64,000 bases of DNA from Eledone cirrhosa (GCA_964016885.1 OZ024746.1:75702001-75766000), one strand, 5' to 3'; shown: positions 12,377 to 26,178, counted from the first letter of the stretch. Notes: generated by a model from the letters alone, not told the origin. A program made the numbers and translations.

Positions 12377-12899
12377 TTTCTGAAACTTTGAATTTAAAAT
12401 TTTATATTTTTATTCTTCCTTTCTATGAAGACATTTGCAAGCAAATAAATTTCTCTCTCAACACTGTTCACTTACAGAAAATTCTCTTTCAAACAGAAAT
12501 TTGCCCTGGAATAAAATAAAATATTAGATATTAAAAATGAATATATTGTGTAACGTGTGGTGTGTCAGTGACATGCCACATAGTTATTAATCAAAGACCA
12601 GTGGATCATAACTTTTATGTATTTTAACAACTTTCAGTATCTGTTCTCCAATATGATGTAAAACTCAGACTATTACAAAGACATAAACTTCAAACTTTGT
12701 TTTTCATTCTACAAGCTTTCAGAATTGTCCTCCCTGCCCCCTGAATACCAGAAACAATATAAGTTATTAACTCATTTCTACAGACACATAATAATATGCA
12801 TGTCAATTCTATAGTAACCTGATTCTCATACATATATATCCATCTCTCTATCTCTCTCACTCTCATACATGTATGTATATATATATAGAGAGAGAGAGA

Positions 12900-13392
12900 G
12901 AAGTTTAGAGAGCTACTCCCACTGTTGACAACAAAAGGTTTCTCCCTACATACAAAAGGACAACTGTATGACGCCTGTGTGCAAAGTGCAATGCTGCATG
13001 GCAGTGAAACATGGGCAGTAACTGCAGAAGACAGCAGCCATGTGTCGTTGGATGTGCAATGTAAATGTGAGAGAAAGGCAGAGCTTGGATGAACTGAGGG
13101 AGAAGCTGGGCTTAAGAGAAATCTGAAGTGGTGTGCAGGAAAGAAGACTGCATTGGTACGGACATGTGATGTGCATGGATAATGATCAATGGGTGAAGAA
13201 GTGCCAGGAAATGCCAGTGGAAGGAAGCCTCAGTAAAGGTAGACTAGAAAAACCTGAGCAGAGATGGTGAGAACTGACATCAAATTGCTGAGACTCACAG
13301 AGATGATGAAGGAACACGGCAAATGGAGAGATGCTGTGCTGAGAAAGACACATCCAACCCATACAAGCCTGGAAAAACGGATGTGATGATGA
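12900..13392 (+). mobile_element. RTE-clade LINE 3' fragment in the intron of gene B
   Basis: Homologous to 42320-42840 (LYDACV..MLHGSETW..WYGHV) with GATGAT tail. Confidence 0.8.
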
Positions 13393-14039
13393 TATATATA
13401 CACATATACATACATGCATATTGTGAATAGAGAAGTTACATGTGTATTTATATGTTTGTACAAATTAGGTCAAGTGTCAACAATAACATAGTCTCTGGTA
13501 GTCGGATGATGGGGTGCTCTCCCAAAAGCTTGTAAAATGAAAAAAAAAAGTATTAAGTTTATATCTTTGTAATAGTGAGTTTTGCTTCACATTGGTGAGC
13601 AGCTCCTGCTGTGAATATGGAGTCTTTTCAAAGTCCTGAATGTAAATCATACAAGCAATAGATATAGGAGGTAGCATGCAACTCAACATAAGTAAAGGTG
13701 TCATTTACAGTGCAGGGGTTTTATACACCAGCACACTTAAAAAACATTCAAACTTTAACTAAAGATAAAGTACTTGTTGAATCAATCTTTACTGCCATCA
13801 GCTGTCAAAATTAGTTGGTTAAAATTGTATCAACTGACTGCCTTGAGAAGGAGGAAGTAAAGAAATCAAGATAATCAACCCAGCTGATCCATACAATGAA
13901 GCACAACAACAGCAACACTCCCAACAAACCCAAAACCACAGACCTGTTAGGTTCAAATTGGAAGGTGCTGAATGTAAGAAGAAACTACTAAAAATACTCC
14001 AAATATCAAAATTGAGAGTACAACCAGGAACTCATCTTC

Positions 14040-15075
14040 ATTGTGTCAAACAAATTTTCGTCATGTCTCCAACACTTTGACAACCTAATCTTCAAGAGAC
14101 TTGAGTGCTTGGTCAATGTAAGACTCTCTCCAGAGTCTCGAGATCAGGCTGCATTGCCCAAACAATTTGGTGGTCTTGGTCTTCGTAAATATTCGTCCCT
14201 CTCTCTCTCCCTTGCTTCCTTTCCTCCACTCTGGTGCACAACATCCTCTCCTCTCAAGCATGAACTAGTTCCAGCAGGGAGTTGGATGAAGTTCTTCTAT
14301 GATGGAGTGAGTTGGGCTTGTCTGTTCCTGACAAGGTGGAGGACAAATGGAGTCAGAGAGTTTGGGACAACATACATTCGAAGGTCACCTTTGACACTCT
14401 ATTTAACCAGTCAGATCAGTTCTCAAGGTGCCGCTTATTGTCTGCCAGTGCCAAATACTCAGGCGACTGGGTTGCCTGTGGCTAACGTTGGTGGCCTACT
14501 CAGCTTGGACAAGCTTCATGTTTCCATTGCCCTCAGAGTGGGAGTCGATGTCTGTACGGATCTGATATGTCAGTGTGGCAAGATCCTCGACTCAACAATC
14601 ATGCTGCCCGAATGCCGATCGCTTCGTGCGTCGCACGAAGATAAACCTCATCATCAAGAGACGATGAGGTTTATCTTTTTTGGAATCGTCTGGGTTATCC
14701 AGAATTGATGGAAAAAGACCTGACGGTCTTACCCTGTACCCCTGGTTAAGAGGCAGGTGCCTTATCTGGGACGTCACAGTTAGCGACTCTTTTGCTTCTT
14801 CCACATCCTGGATGCAGGGGTTAGGGCGAAAGCTACGGCTTCTGCAGCCGAACGGAACAAAATCCTGAAATACTGTGATCTGTTGGTTAACTAAATTTTC
14901 CAGCCTGTGGCATTCGAGACGTTTGGGGGAGTTGGGCTACTGACTGCGAGGTTTATCTTCACTGACGGCTGGTGATGCTCAAGAGGGCGCTTGGTTGTTC
15001 GAGCGCATCAGCCTCGCCATCACCCAAGGTAACGCTGCGAGTATGCTGGCTTGCCTCAAAAATTATTAGAGAGGT
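14040..15075 (+). mobile_element. CRE/HERO-like non-LTR retrotransposon fragment (RT end plus restriction-like endonuclease)
   Basis: QAALPKQFGGLGLR, CQCGK Zn-knuckle remnant, [20 protein letters not shown]; frameshifted. Confidence 0.75.
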
Positions 15076-15869
15076 TTCCCAGTGCTCCTCGCAATATTAT
15101 TATCTTTTGTATAGTAGCGGTTCGTTTGTCCACCCCTTTCGCTTGCCCATTGTTGTATGTGGTCCTAGATGTATGTATTACATGCTTGCGTGTTTTTTGT
15201 TTCTCTTTTTTAATTATTTGTAATGTTATTTATACAACTCTTCAGTAAATAAAAATTCAACAGTTTCTGGACCAAAATGGAACATGAAGCAGATATATTT
15301 AAAACGTAGCTGAAAGCAAAACACTAAGGAGTTTAGTTTACTACAAACGTTTTCAAAGAGATCAAGGCTTGAATTATTATCTCCGTATGAAGTATAATTA
15401 AAACACAGGACCACCAAACCCAGATCAGTAAACATTGCTCAAATTTAAATGACATGATTCTTAATATAAGGTGAAGTCTTGTGTTATCGCAACGTGGGTC
15501 AACTACTCAGCAGTCTTTCGTTTAAGTAGACAGCAATCTTCTGATCAAGTATCTCATTCTATGTTCATTTAGATTAATATCGTTTCTTCTAATCATTATC
15601 GAACATAATTTATTTTCAAATACTTTTTTTTTTTTACAAATAAATCATTCTGAATTTACATGTGCAAAATTCCTTCGGATATGTAGAAACAGATACATGA
15701 TATCCATGCATGCTGCGATAGTTTCTTTCTTTTTACAAATAAATCATTCGGGAATTACATACACAGATCAATAAGGCACTGTTCATTTTCATTTTATTAA
15801 GTATGGCGATTGTTGTCTACTTAAAAAGAAAGATGTTAAACAAATACAAACAATAAACATCTATCTCAC

Positions 15870-16060
15870 CTTAATACAATGTTCTTCGTTATCGGGCTCG
15901 TACTTATACCACACACGTTTCATTTTAACAAATTGTAGCTTTCATTTTAATTTCGTAAATGATAATCAATTATAATGTTCACGCAATATAAATTTCAAAT
16001 AAACGAAGACAAAATTTATGATCTGTGCTCGACGATCGCCAGAGTGTTCATGTGTAATTT
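15870..16060 (-). other. Candidate 5' non-coding exon of gene B
   Basis: Donor AAG/GTGAGATAG at 15869; 5' end uncertain. Confidence 0.5.
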
Positions 16061-17306
16061 ATAGAAAATCCAAATACTTTTTATGGAACAGCAGGTCTAT
16101 GAAATAAACAGACAATTCCAAAACACAATTAGAGTTCTAACACTAACTGAAAGCTAATAAATCGCCGGAATAAAGTCGAGAAGGAAGATGAAAGCGATAT
16201 AAATAGAAGCAACTTCAAAGATACTGCCACACTCGGCTCACATATATTGTGCTCATGCGGTTAAAGTTAGAATGTATTCAGTGTACTGGTATATAATTAG
16301 TATATATATAGTATATGTTTATTTATATTCAGCAGATAATAAAATATTGCTACCAAATTTCCCCGCTCTTTCTTAACGATTGCGTGAAATACTTCCCAAA
16401 TAACAAGAGTTATCACCCCTTTCCCTTTCTTTTTAATATGCAAACGTTAATGAACTATAAATAAACTTCTGTATATAAATCAATCTATCGTCGAACTTCT
16501 AGCACTCTTAGTCAATGAATTTCCTTCGCAACACTTTCTCGATTATGTGCGCTTGGAGTTCAGCAGGCAAGAGAGCGTCCTCCCGCTGTGTTCGAGCGCG
16601 TATAATTGGGAAAGCGATGTTTGAGAAATGTTTCTTATACTGAGGTCACGGCGGGAGAGTTCCATTATAAGGGAAATCACTCCCATATTGACTTTTTTTT
16701 TTTAATAGATTTTATCAAATGTATATATACACGTATATCTATCAACTATTCTTATTTTTAATATTGACAGCAATGAAAGTAATAACGGTCACCCTTTTAG
16801 TAATATATATATGACCTTTATGGTATACTTGATCATAGCGTTGGTATCATGATAAATGGACTCAATACACTCTGTAAATTGGTTGGCCGTTAAAAGGTAT
16901 AACGATGAGTGAGGACGCTATAGACTTGTCGAAAGCATGACATCTTTAGTGATGGTGCCACGATGAATTACAATCAGTACAATCTGTAAAGTAGTTGGTA
17001 TTAGGAAAGGCATCCAGTAGTAATTACTTTTGGATCTCGTTTAACTCGGGCATTATTAATTAACTAATGTAAAATATATAATTATTTCTGGTGTGAATTT
17101 GAAAAGAAAGTTTACATTACTTCATCGCATATTGGACCTAATACTGTGTTATGGTGAGAAAATTCACAACAGACAGGTTGGTGTCTATAGTTTGAAAATT
17201 GTTATATTAATTAAAGTAATAAGTTAATTACAAGTGTATTTCTATTTTGACATTTATGAAACATCTCGTGTATTATGTGAATATGCAAGAAATTGTGTGG
17301 CGAGGC

Positions 17307-17345
<39 letters not shown>

Positions 17346-17399
17346 GAATGTTAACAGTGGAAAGTACGTTCCGTTTTCAATTTCCATCTGGACTTATAC

Positions 17400-17599
17400 C
17401 ATTCTGTCCTCTAGCTATCCATAAGATTAGTTGGATTTCTTGCAAATTGTGCACGGTGGTCGCGGACTGATCACAAATTCTGTTTCGTTCGTTTAGTAGT
17501 TTTATTGCTAGAGCATTCTAACTGATATTATTCATTTACGAAACTAAAACGTCAGATTACCAAAGTGGAACGTGTATGGTGTACTCCGAGTTCGCCAAG
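17400..17599 (+). other. Candidate 5' non-coding exon of gene C
   Basis: Homologous to 25340-25545; donor AAG/GTAGATAAT at 17600. Confidence 0.45.
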
Positions 17600-18029
17600 G
17601 TAGATAATATTTGTTTCTTTGTGTTTGATATGGATAGTTGTTTTACATACCTTGGGTTGATAGAACAAACTTTCCCTTATATTAAAAATCAACCCAGTCT
17701 ATAATGTATTTCATAAGTAAATTGATCATTGCTTTCTATGTTTATGTGATGTCGACTTGTGCGGTGGTGATTCTCTATATAATTACGATCCACTGATCTT
17801 CCGTTATAATAACTGTGACATGTCACACATTCACAATTTCGTGATATTTGATATTTAATCATTTATTTTATTTCAGGATATATTTCTGTTTGAAAGAGAA
17901 TTTTCTCTAGAAGATGCTGTAAGTCAACAGTGTTGAGGGAGATTTATTTACGTACAAATACTTTTACTTTCTTCATAGGAAGTAAAAATTAAAAAATTAA
18001 GTTTCATTGTTGAAAGAATATTTCAGAAT

Positions 18030-19640
18030 ATGAATAAACATTATAAATGTGATATTTGTGGGAAAATACTTCCTAGAAAAGGTAAACTAATCAGTCATAA
18101 GCGGACTCATACAGAAGAAAAACCTTACCACTGTGAAATATGTGAGAAAGCATTTTCTGTAAAATCATATTTAACTGCACACAAACGTACACACACTGGA
18201 GAGAAACAAGCATACCACTGTGAGATATGTGGGAAAAAATACACTACAAAACATTCTCTAATGGAACACAAAAGTTCTCACACTGGAGAAAAATCATACC
18301 ACTGTGAAATGTGTGGGAAAGTACTTTCTTCAAAAGCTTGTTTGAGGATACACAAACGTACACACACAGGAGAAAGACCCTACTACTGTGAAATCTGTGG
18401 GAAATCATATACTGTAAAATCTTCTGTAATAGTACACAAACGCACACACACTGGAGAGAGACCACATGACTGTGAAATATGTGGGAAAGCATTTTCTACA
18501 AATTCTGATTTAAGGGTACACAAACGTACTCACACTGGAGAAAAACCACATCAATGTGAAATCTGTGGGAAAGCATTTTCTCACAATTGTAATTTAAAAC
18601 AGCATAAATATACACACACAGGGAAAAAGCCATATAAGTGCAATGACTGTGGTAAAGCCTTTTCTAATATGATTGATTGTGAAAAGCATAGAGGTGTGCA
18701 CACAAAACCATACGATTGTGAAATATGTGGGAATGTATTTGCTATAAAGGCTTCTTTAACTATACACAAACGTACTCACACTGGAGAAAAACCATACCAC
18801 TGTGAAATATGCGGGAAAGCATTTTCTACAAAAAGTAGCTTGACAGTACATAAAAGAACTCACACTGAAGAGAAACGATATCACTGTGAAATATGTGGCA
18901 AAACATTTTCTCGACTTGGTAATGTTACAAGACATAAACTTGTTCACAGTGGAAAAAAGCCATACAAGTGTGATGATTGTGGGAAATCATTTTCTTATCA
19001 GAGCGATTTAAAATATCACATGGGTGTGCACACAAAACCATACGACTGTGAAATATGTGGAAAAGTATATGCTGTTAGATATTCTTTGACAGTACACAAA
19101 CGTACTCACACTGGAGAGAAACCATACCACTGTGAAATATGTGGGATACAATGTTTAAGCAGTGGCAGTTTACTAAGGCATAAACGTGTTCACACTGGGG
19201 AAAAACGACATCGCTGTGAAATATGTGGGAGAGCGTTTCCTGAAAAGTATGTTTTAACATTACATAAACGTATTCACACTGGAGAAACTCCATATCACTG
19301 TGAGGTTTGTGGCAAAAGATTTACAGATAAAAGTAGCTTAAGAGTACATAAACGTCTCCACACTGGGGAAAGACCACACCACTGTGAAATCTGTGGCAAA
19401 TCATTTTCTCAAAATGGTACTTTAACAAGACACAAACGTACTCACACTGGAGAGAAACCATATAACTGTGAAATATGTGGGAAAATCTTTTCACATGCAA
19501 CCACCTTAAAACAACATATACTTATTCACACACAAGAAAAACAATACAGCTGTGGTATTTGTGGGGAATCATTTGTCTGTGGAGGTTATTTATCTAAGCA
19601 TAAACGTAAAGTTCATGATGGAATAAAACCTTATCCCTGA
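18030..19640 (+). CDS. C2H2 zinc-finger array protein C (19 fingers)
   Basis: 536-aa intact ORF; acceptor TTTATTTTATTTCAG ending 17876. Confidence 0.94.
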   Translation: MNKHYKCDICGKILPRKGKLISHKRTHTEEKPYHCEICEKAFSVKSYLTAHKRTHTGEKQAYHCEICGKKYTTKHSLMEHKSSHTGEKSYHCEMCGKVLSSKACLRIHKRTHTGERPYYCEICGKSYTVKSSVIVHKRTHTGERPHDCEICGKAFSTNSDLRVHKRTHTGEKPHQCEICGKAFSHNCNLKQHKYTHTGKKPYKCNDCGKAFSNMIDCEKHRGVHTKPYDCEICGNVFAIKASLTIHKRTHTGEKPYHCEICGKAFSTKSSLTVHKRTHTEEKRYHCEICGKTFSRLGNVTRHKLVHSGKKPYKCDDCGKSFSYQSDLKYHMGVHTKPYDCEICGKVYAVRYSLTVHKRTHTGEKPYHCEICGIQCLSSGSLLRHKRVHTGEKRHRCEICGRAFPEKYVLTLHKRIHTGETPYHCEVCGKRFTDKSSLRVHKRLHTGERPHHCEICGKSFSQNGTLTRHKRTHTGEKPYNCEICGKIFSHATTLKQHILIHTQEKQYSCGICGESFVCGGYLSKHKRKVHDGIKPYP

Positions 19641-20230
19641 CTTTTATAAGAAAGTCTATTCTATAAATTGCCACACATCTGCAGGAGGGGGGGCTGTTAT
19701 TCCCTGTCTAAACTGAGATCTGAATTCCTAGTCAAAATTTAACTAGAAAAACCTCTTTATTAAAATACCAGCTCAGTTATTGTATATGGTACTTATCTCT
19801 GATTATCTCAGAGATTTTGATTAGATCTATGTAGTGCCATTTCACTAAAAACATTTTTATATATATATATTTTAATGAATATTAGATTAACACCTCTGGA
19901 TCACATTTTATTCACTCACCAGACAATGTCTAAGCCAGTTCATATGTCAGTTATTGAGTTAAAATTTCTCATTTTATAATTTGTGTACAAAGTAATACAT
20001 ATTCTAACTTCTCTGTAATCTTGTTTCTTTGTTAATGCCTACTGAGTTTAAAAGTTGGTGTTCAACATTTTAGCAAAAAATAATTCCTTTTGAATAAATA
20101 GTTTTAAACCTAAAATTTGACTCCCTGCTTCTTTTCATGTATATGGTTGTTCCCCACTGAGAGTAACATCTTCTACTTCACATTGATGTGTTACTTTCAA
20201 TTTACAGGGAAATTTGTATTTCTGACATGA

Positions 20231-20551
20231 TTACATGTCTATATATTTAAAATGTTTATAGTTAGATACACATTGGCACAGTCTCAATTACCCACTCTGT
20301 ATATGTACAAATGTAACTTGTATGAAAATGAGTACTTCCATTTTAGAATACTACAATGAGCAAATGAGTATATAGCCCATCACATATGTGTTTCTTTGTG
20401 ATTGTCTAGATTATAGACACATGAAGAAGACCCAACCAGGGCCGAAAATCGAAGTTTACATGTCTATATATGAAAAATGTGTATATTTATATACACATTT
20501 TCAGTCTCGGTTATCCACTCTGTGTATATATATATATATACAAATTTAACT
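20231..20551 (+). repeat. Imperfect ~90-bp direct repeat enclosing a degenerate hammerhead; Penelope-like terminal remnant
   Basis: 20231-20319 resembles 20456-20551; TATAGACAC-ATGAAGA-stem-GAAA-..TA-CATGTCTATA at 20412-20468. Confidence 0.45.
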
Positions 20552-20672
20552 TTATTGTATGCATTAGCTGCACACTTCCTAATAAATAAATAAATATATA
20601 AATATATATTATATATATATTATTATATATATATATATATATTATATGTATATATAATAATATATATATATA

Positions 20673-20902
20673 TCATCATCAACGTTTAACGTCCGTGTTC
20701 CACGCTTGCATGGGTTTGGACGGGGGTTTTCCCACTTGAGGCAAGAGTGATTGTCTTGCTCGCATAGGACTGTCTGGCAGGTTTTCTACAGTTGGATACC
20801 CTTCCTAACACCAACCACATTTACAGTGTGGGTCTGGGAGGTTTTTACCGTGTTGCCTACACGGCCACATTACAGCGTGGACTGTGTTTTTTTGTCGTGA
20901 CA

Positions 20903-20944
<42 letters not shown>

Positions 20945-21346
20945 TATATATATATTATATATTATATATATATATATATTATATATTATATATATATATA
21001 TATTATATATTATATATTATATATATTATATATATATATATATTATATATATATATATATATTATATATATATGAAACAAATGAGATCGTGTAGGTGTCA
21101 CGACAAAAAAACACACAGTCCACGCTGTAATGTGACCGTGTAGGCAACACGGTAAAAACGTCCCAGTCCCACACTGTAAATGTGGTTGGTGTTAGGAAGG
21201 GCATCCAACTGTAGAAAACCCTATGACAGTCAGTCCTATGCGAGCAAGACAACCACTCTTGCCTCAAGTGGGAAAACTCCCGTCCAAACCCATGCAAGCA
21301 TGGAACACGGACGTTAAACGATGATGATGATGATAATGATGATGAT
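20673..21346. mobile_element. Inverted pair of SINE 3' halves around an AT microsatellite
   Basis: 20673-20906 is the reverse complement of 21091-21330; same family as 47408-47680. Confidence 0.85.
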
Positions 21347-22900
<1,554 letters not shown>

Positions 22901-22902
<2 letters not shown>

Positions 22903-23234
22903 AGGCACATGGCTTAGTGATTAGACCATTGGCCTTGAAATCGAAAGGTTGAGTTCAATTCTCAGACCGGGTGATGTGTTGTTTCCTTGAGCAAGACACT
23001 TTATTTCACATTGCTCCCGTTTACTCAACTGTAGAAATGAGATGATAGGGACTGGGGTCCCTATCATTCCACTGCAAAGTAGTCGTGGAGGTGCCACGGC
23101 AAAAAAAGCACCCAGCACTCACTGTAAATGAGGTTGGTGTTAGGAAGGGCATCCAGCTGTAGAAATCAAGCCAGAATCAGTTCCCGTCCCACCCTTGCAA
23201 GCAGGGAAAAGCGGACGTAAAATGAAATGATGAT
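22901..23234 (+). mobile_element. Full-length tRNA-derived SINE (CORE-like domain, RTE-derived tail)
   Basis: TGGCTTAGTGA A box, GAGTTCAATTCT B box, CCTTGAGCAAGACACTT core, tail nearly identical to the LINE end at 42787-42840; inserted in (TA)n. Confidence 0.85.
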
Positions 23235-23264
23235 ATATATATATATATATATACAGTTTCTTGC

Positions 23265-24385
23265 TGCTCTGATGTCTCGAGGATTTATGTTCGGATAAAT
23301 GGTGCTAAATCAAAACCATTCAATGTGGAAGTCAGACTCTGCCAACGGTGTGTACTGTCACCTCTCCTGTTCATTATTTACATGAACAGGATTGACATAC
23401 ACAGCCAGGTTGGAAGTGGTATCATAACTGGTGAATGTAAAATCAGTCGGCTGGAATTTGCAGGCTACACAGTGTTATGTAACTTGACAGAAGGGGATCT
23501 CCGACTTGCATTTGATAGGTTAGATGCCGAGTACTGCAAGGCTGGAATGAAAATCAGTGCTGCGAAAACTAAGGCACTTGTCCTCTTAAGGAAGTCTTCA
23601 CAGTGCACTCTACATGTAAATGGAGTTCTACTGAAGCAGGTAGAGAAGTTCAAATATCCCAGGGCCGTGTTCACAAGTGATGAAAGGCAGGAAGCTGAAT
23701 TAAGAGTAACTGGTACAGTAGTCGGTAATCAGAAGGGACATCATCATCATCATCAATTAACGCCCATCTTCCACGTTAGCATCGGTTAGATGGGTCCCAC
23801 TTAGAGGCAAGTTGTCAGGTGACCATGTCTCGCTCATATAGAGGTGTTTCTGGCTGGTTTTCTATGGCTGAATGCCCTTCCTAGCACCAACCACATTGAC
23901 GTAGGCATAAAAGCCAAACTCACTATCTTAAATTTGGCATTCGTGCTAACCCATACCTATGTTCTTGAATCTTGAGTAATGACTGAAAGAATACGATCGC
24001 AAATACAAGCGGCCAAAATGGGGCTCCGCCAAAGGGACTTTGGAGTAACATTACTCAATATAGAGCGTAGCTCGTAGATTAGAGAGGCACTCTAGGTAGA
24101 GCCACTACTTCTCCAAATTGAGAGATCACAGCTCAAATACTATGGGCATGTAGTTAGAATATCTCAGGAAAGAATTGTGGACAGATTTTACAGGCAAAAC
24201 CAAGCAACAGGAGACCCAGAGGTTGACTCTGAACAAGATGGTTGGATAACATCCATGAGCTTGGCTGGTTTCGCTTGGGGATCCAGCCGGATCAGTTGAG
24301 ATGGTTGCTTCTAACAGGACCCGCTGGAAGCAGTGTTTGAGGGCTCTGCCCCCACAACCCTCTCAAAAATAAGTGGACGAAGAAG
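23265..24385 (+). mobile_element. RTE/Expander-like LINE remnant interrupted by a SINE tail (~23738-23900, minus)
   Basis: CVLSPLLFIIYM...KISAAKTK...QVEKFKY motifs, later YYGHVVR and RPRG motifs. Confidence 0.75.
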
Positions 24386-24396
24386 TTTGTAAATTA

Positions 24397-24465
24397 AGAA
24401 GGATTTCTCTTGATATCGAACTCTTCTGTTGTACTAGTAAGATCACATGACCTGAAATAACCAAT
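24397..24465 (+). promoter_or_regulatory. E-box-N11-CCAAT module (gene D promoter candidate)
   Basis: CACATG-N11-CCAAT at 24444-24465, oriented with plus-strand gene D; GGATTTCTCTT upstream. Confidence 0.5.
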
Positions 24466-24676
24466 GAGACTAACTTGTATATTTCTGTTTGGTCTTAACC
24501 AGGGATTGAAAACATCTTTCTTTCGCTAATTCTTTCTCTTATTTCCCGTTGTTTGTTTTATTTAAATATTATTATTTTTTAATTGTAAATATTATTGTAT
24601 GCAAGGAAAATAAAATTCTCACTTGTTAAAAAAATAAAAAAGCAGGAAATTGTGTAGCGATGCTGAGTATAGATAA

Positions 24677-24852
24677 ATGTTTCTACTTTAGGCACAAGGC
24701 CAGCAATTACCCAGTACATTACTGGTACTTTATTTTATCGACCCCATAAGGATGAAAAGCAAAGTTAACCTCGGCGGGATTTGAACTCAGACTGTAAAGG
24801 GACGTAACTATGCTAGAAAGCATGGCTTCCAACCCTCTACCGATACTGCCAA
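24677..24852 (-). mobile_element. SINE, second family
   Basis: Near-identical to 9084-9222 and 55414-55600. Confidence 0.8.
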
Positions 24853-25039
24853 ATATTGATGTTAACAGTGGACTATATGAGTATAATGTACGGCTTTAAT
24901 TTCCCTTCTGGACTCTACCTCGGTAATTATTAGCTTTCGCTTTGTCTAAGACATGTAATGATGCAAATATATGGATGTTTATATAAGTGATGTAAATGTG
25001 GGCATATGTGTGTATGTAGACTGTTGTCATATTTACAAA

Positions 25040-25320
25040 AATGATACGCGATGGGGCCCACCCACAGCCCTGGCGAACAGAATTAAGAAGGCGTTTCCCC
25101 GGAGGACGGCAAGGGAGACGCGCTGGAAAAGCCACTCCAACTCGCGGGGCTCACACCTGCGGCTGGCCAGCTCAGCGCCTACGGTGGTGAGTAAGGAGGT
25201 AGCCCTGGGGCCGAGGACACCAGAAGTCTCCACTGCCAGGAGTACGACCGCAAACCTGTCGGAGAGCGACCGGTATTTGAAAAGTTTGGCCTCCTCAGCC
25301 CAACGTGCAGCAGTCGTTGT
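25040..25320 (-). mobile_element. CRE/HERO-like endonuclease C-terminal fragment
   Basis: ETSGVLGP...WLFQRVSLAVLRGNA motif; GC-rich island. Confidence 0.7.
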
Positions 25321-25339
25321 CTATTTATTTCATAGACTT

Positions 25340-25545
25340 GGTGATTCCATAAAACTACTTCGATTTCCTGTAAATTACATATAAAAGTTCTAGTGGCCAA
25401 ATACTGATCACAAATTCTGTCTTTGTTTCTTGATAATCCTTATTGCTAGAGCATTATATTTGATATTCATTTACGAAAACTATAGTTTGCTAAATTGTAT
25501 GGTATACTCAGTATTCGTATAGAAATAGATGAACAATACATTGGG
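25340..25545 (+). other. Candidate 5' non-coding exon of gene D
   Basis: Donor GGG/GTAAGATAAT at 25546; shares CTGATCACAAATTCTGT and TATTGCTAGAGCATT with the C exon. Confidence 0.5.
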
Positions 25546-25989
25546 GTAAGATAATATATATTTGTGTTTAATATGAATAGTTGTTTCCCAACCCTGGACC
25601 AATACAATAAACTTTTTCCTTATATTAAGAATCAATTCAGTTAACTGACCCCCCCCCCCTCTATAATTAGTTTTCTTAAGTAAATTATTCGGGCATTTCG
25701 ACTGGTGTAGGCTTGATGGTTGTGTATTTTAATTTTAATTTATTTCACAGCACCATACAATGTATAAACAAAAAGTAACTTACTCGAAAGTCTAGGAAAA
25801 TATTATTTTTCGTAGGTTGGATCAATATATGGTTTCTATTTAATATTCTTATTAACGTTGGTTTCTAGATATTTAAAATAACATATTCTGTTGTGTTACC
25901 GTCAAATGGCGGATTGTGTCCTGGAAAATATGTTTCTGGTGATTATGATAGAGCATATATTAAATATTTTAAGACACTGTTTCTATTTC

Positions 25990-26178
25990 ATTGACTTTGC
26001 CTTTCATCCTTACGGGGTCGATAAAATAAAGTACCAGTAATGTACTGAGTTATTTGTGGCCTTGTGCCTAAAGTAGAAACAATTATTATTTCTATCTTAC
26101 TGGGTCGATAAAATAAAGTACCAGTAATGTACTGGATAATTGCTGGCTTTGTGCCTAAAGTAGAAACAATTATTATTT
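25990..26178 (+). mobile_element. Tandem partial copies of the second SINE family
   Basis: GGGTCGATAAAATAAAGTACCAGTAATG...GTGCCTAAAGTAGAAACAATTATTATT occurs twice. Confidence 0.8.

Noticed and set aside
15515-15833. Short imperfect inverted repeat (AAGTAGACAGCAATC / GATTGTTGTCTACTT) with an internal small tandem
   Set aside because: Too short and degenerate to call an element without a genome search
18030-19640. CRISPR-like repeat/spacer periodicity of 84 bp
   Set aside because: It is the 28-codon C2H2 repeat in an open frame; eukaryotic context, no cas genes
20792-21297. Y/I-rich ORFs (also 50650-51551, 52544-52783)
   Set aside because: Translations of (TA)n/(TG)n microsatellites
22901-22975. 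tRNA gene (also ~3466 and ~9290)
   Set aside because: A/B boxes continue into SINE body and tail; no complete cloverleaf
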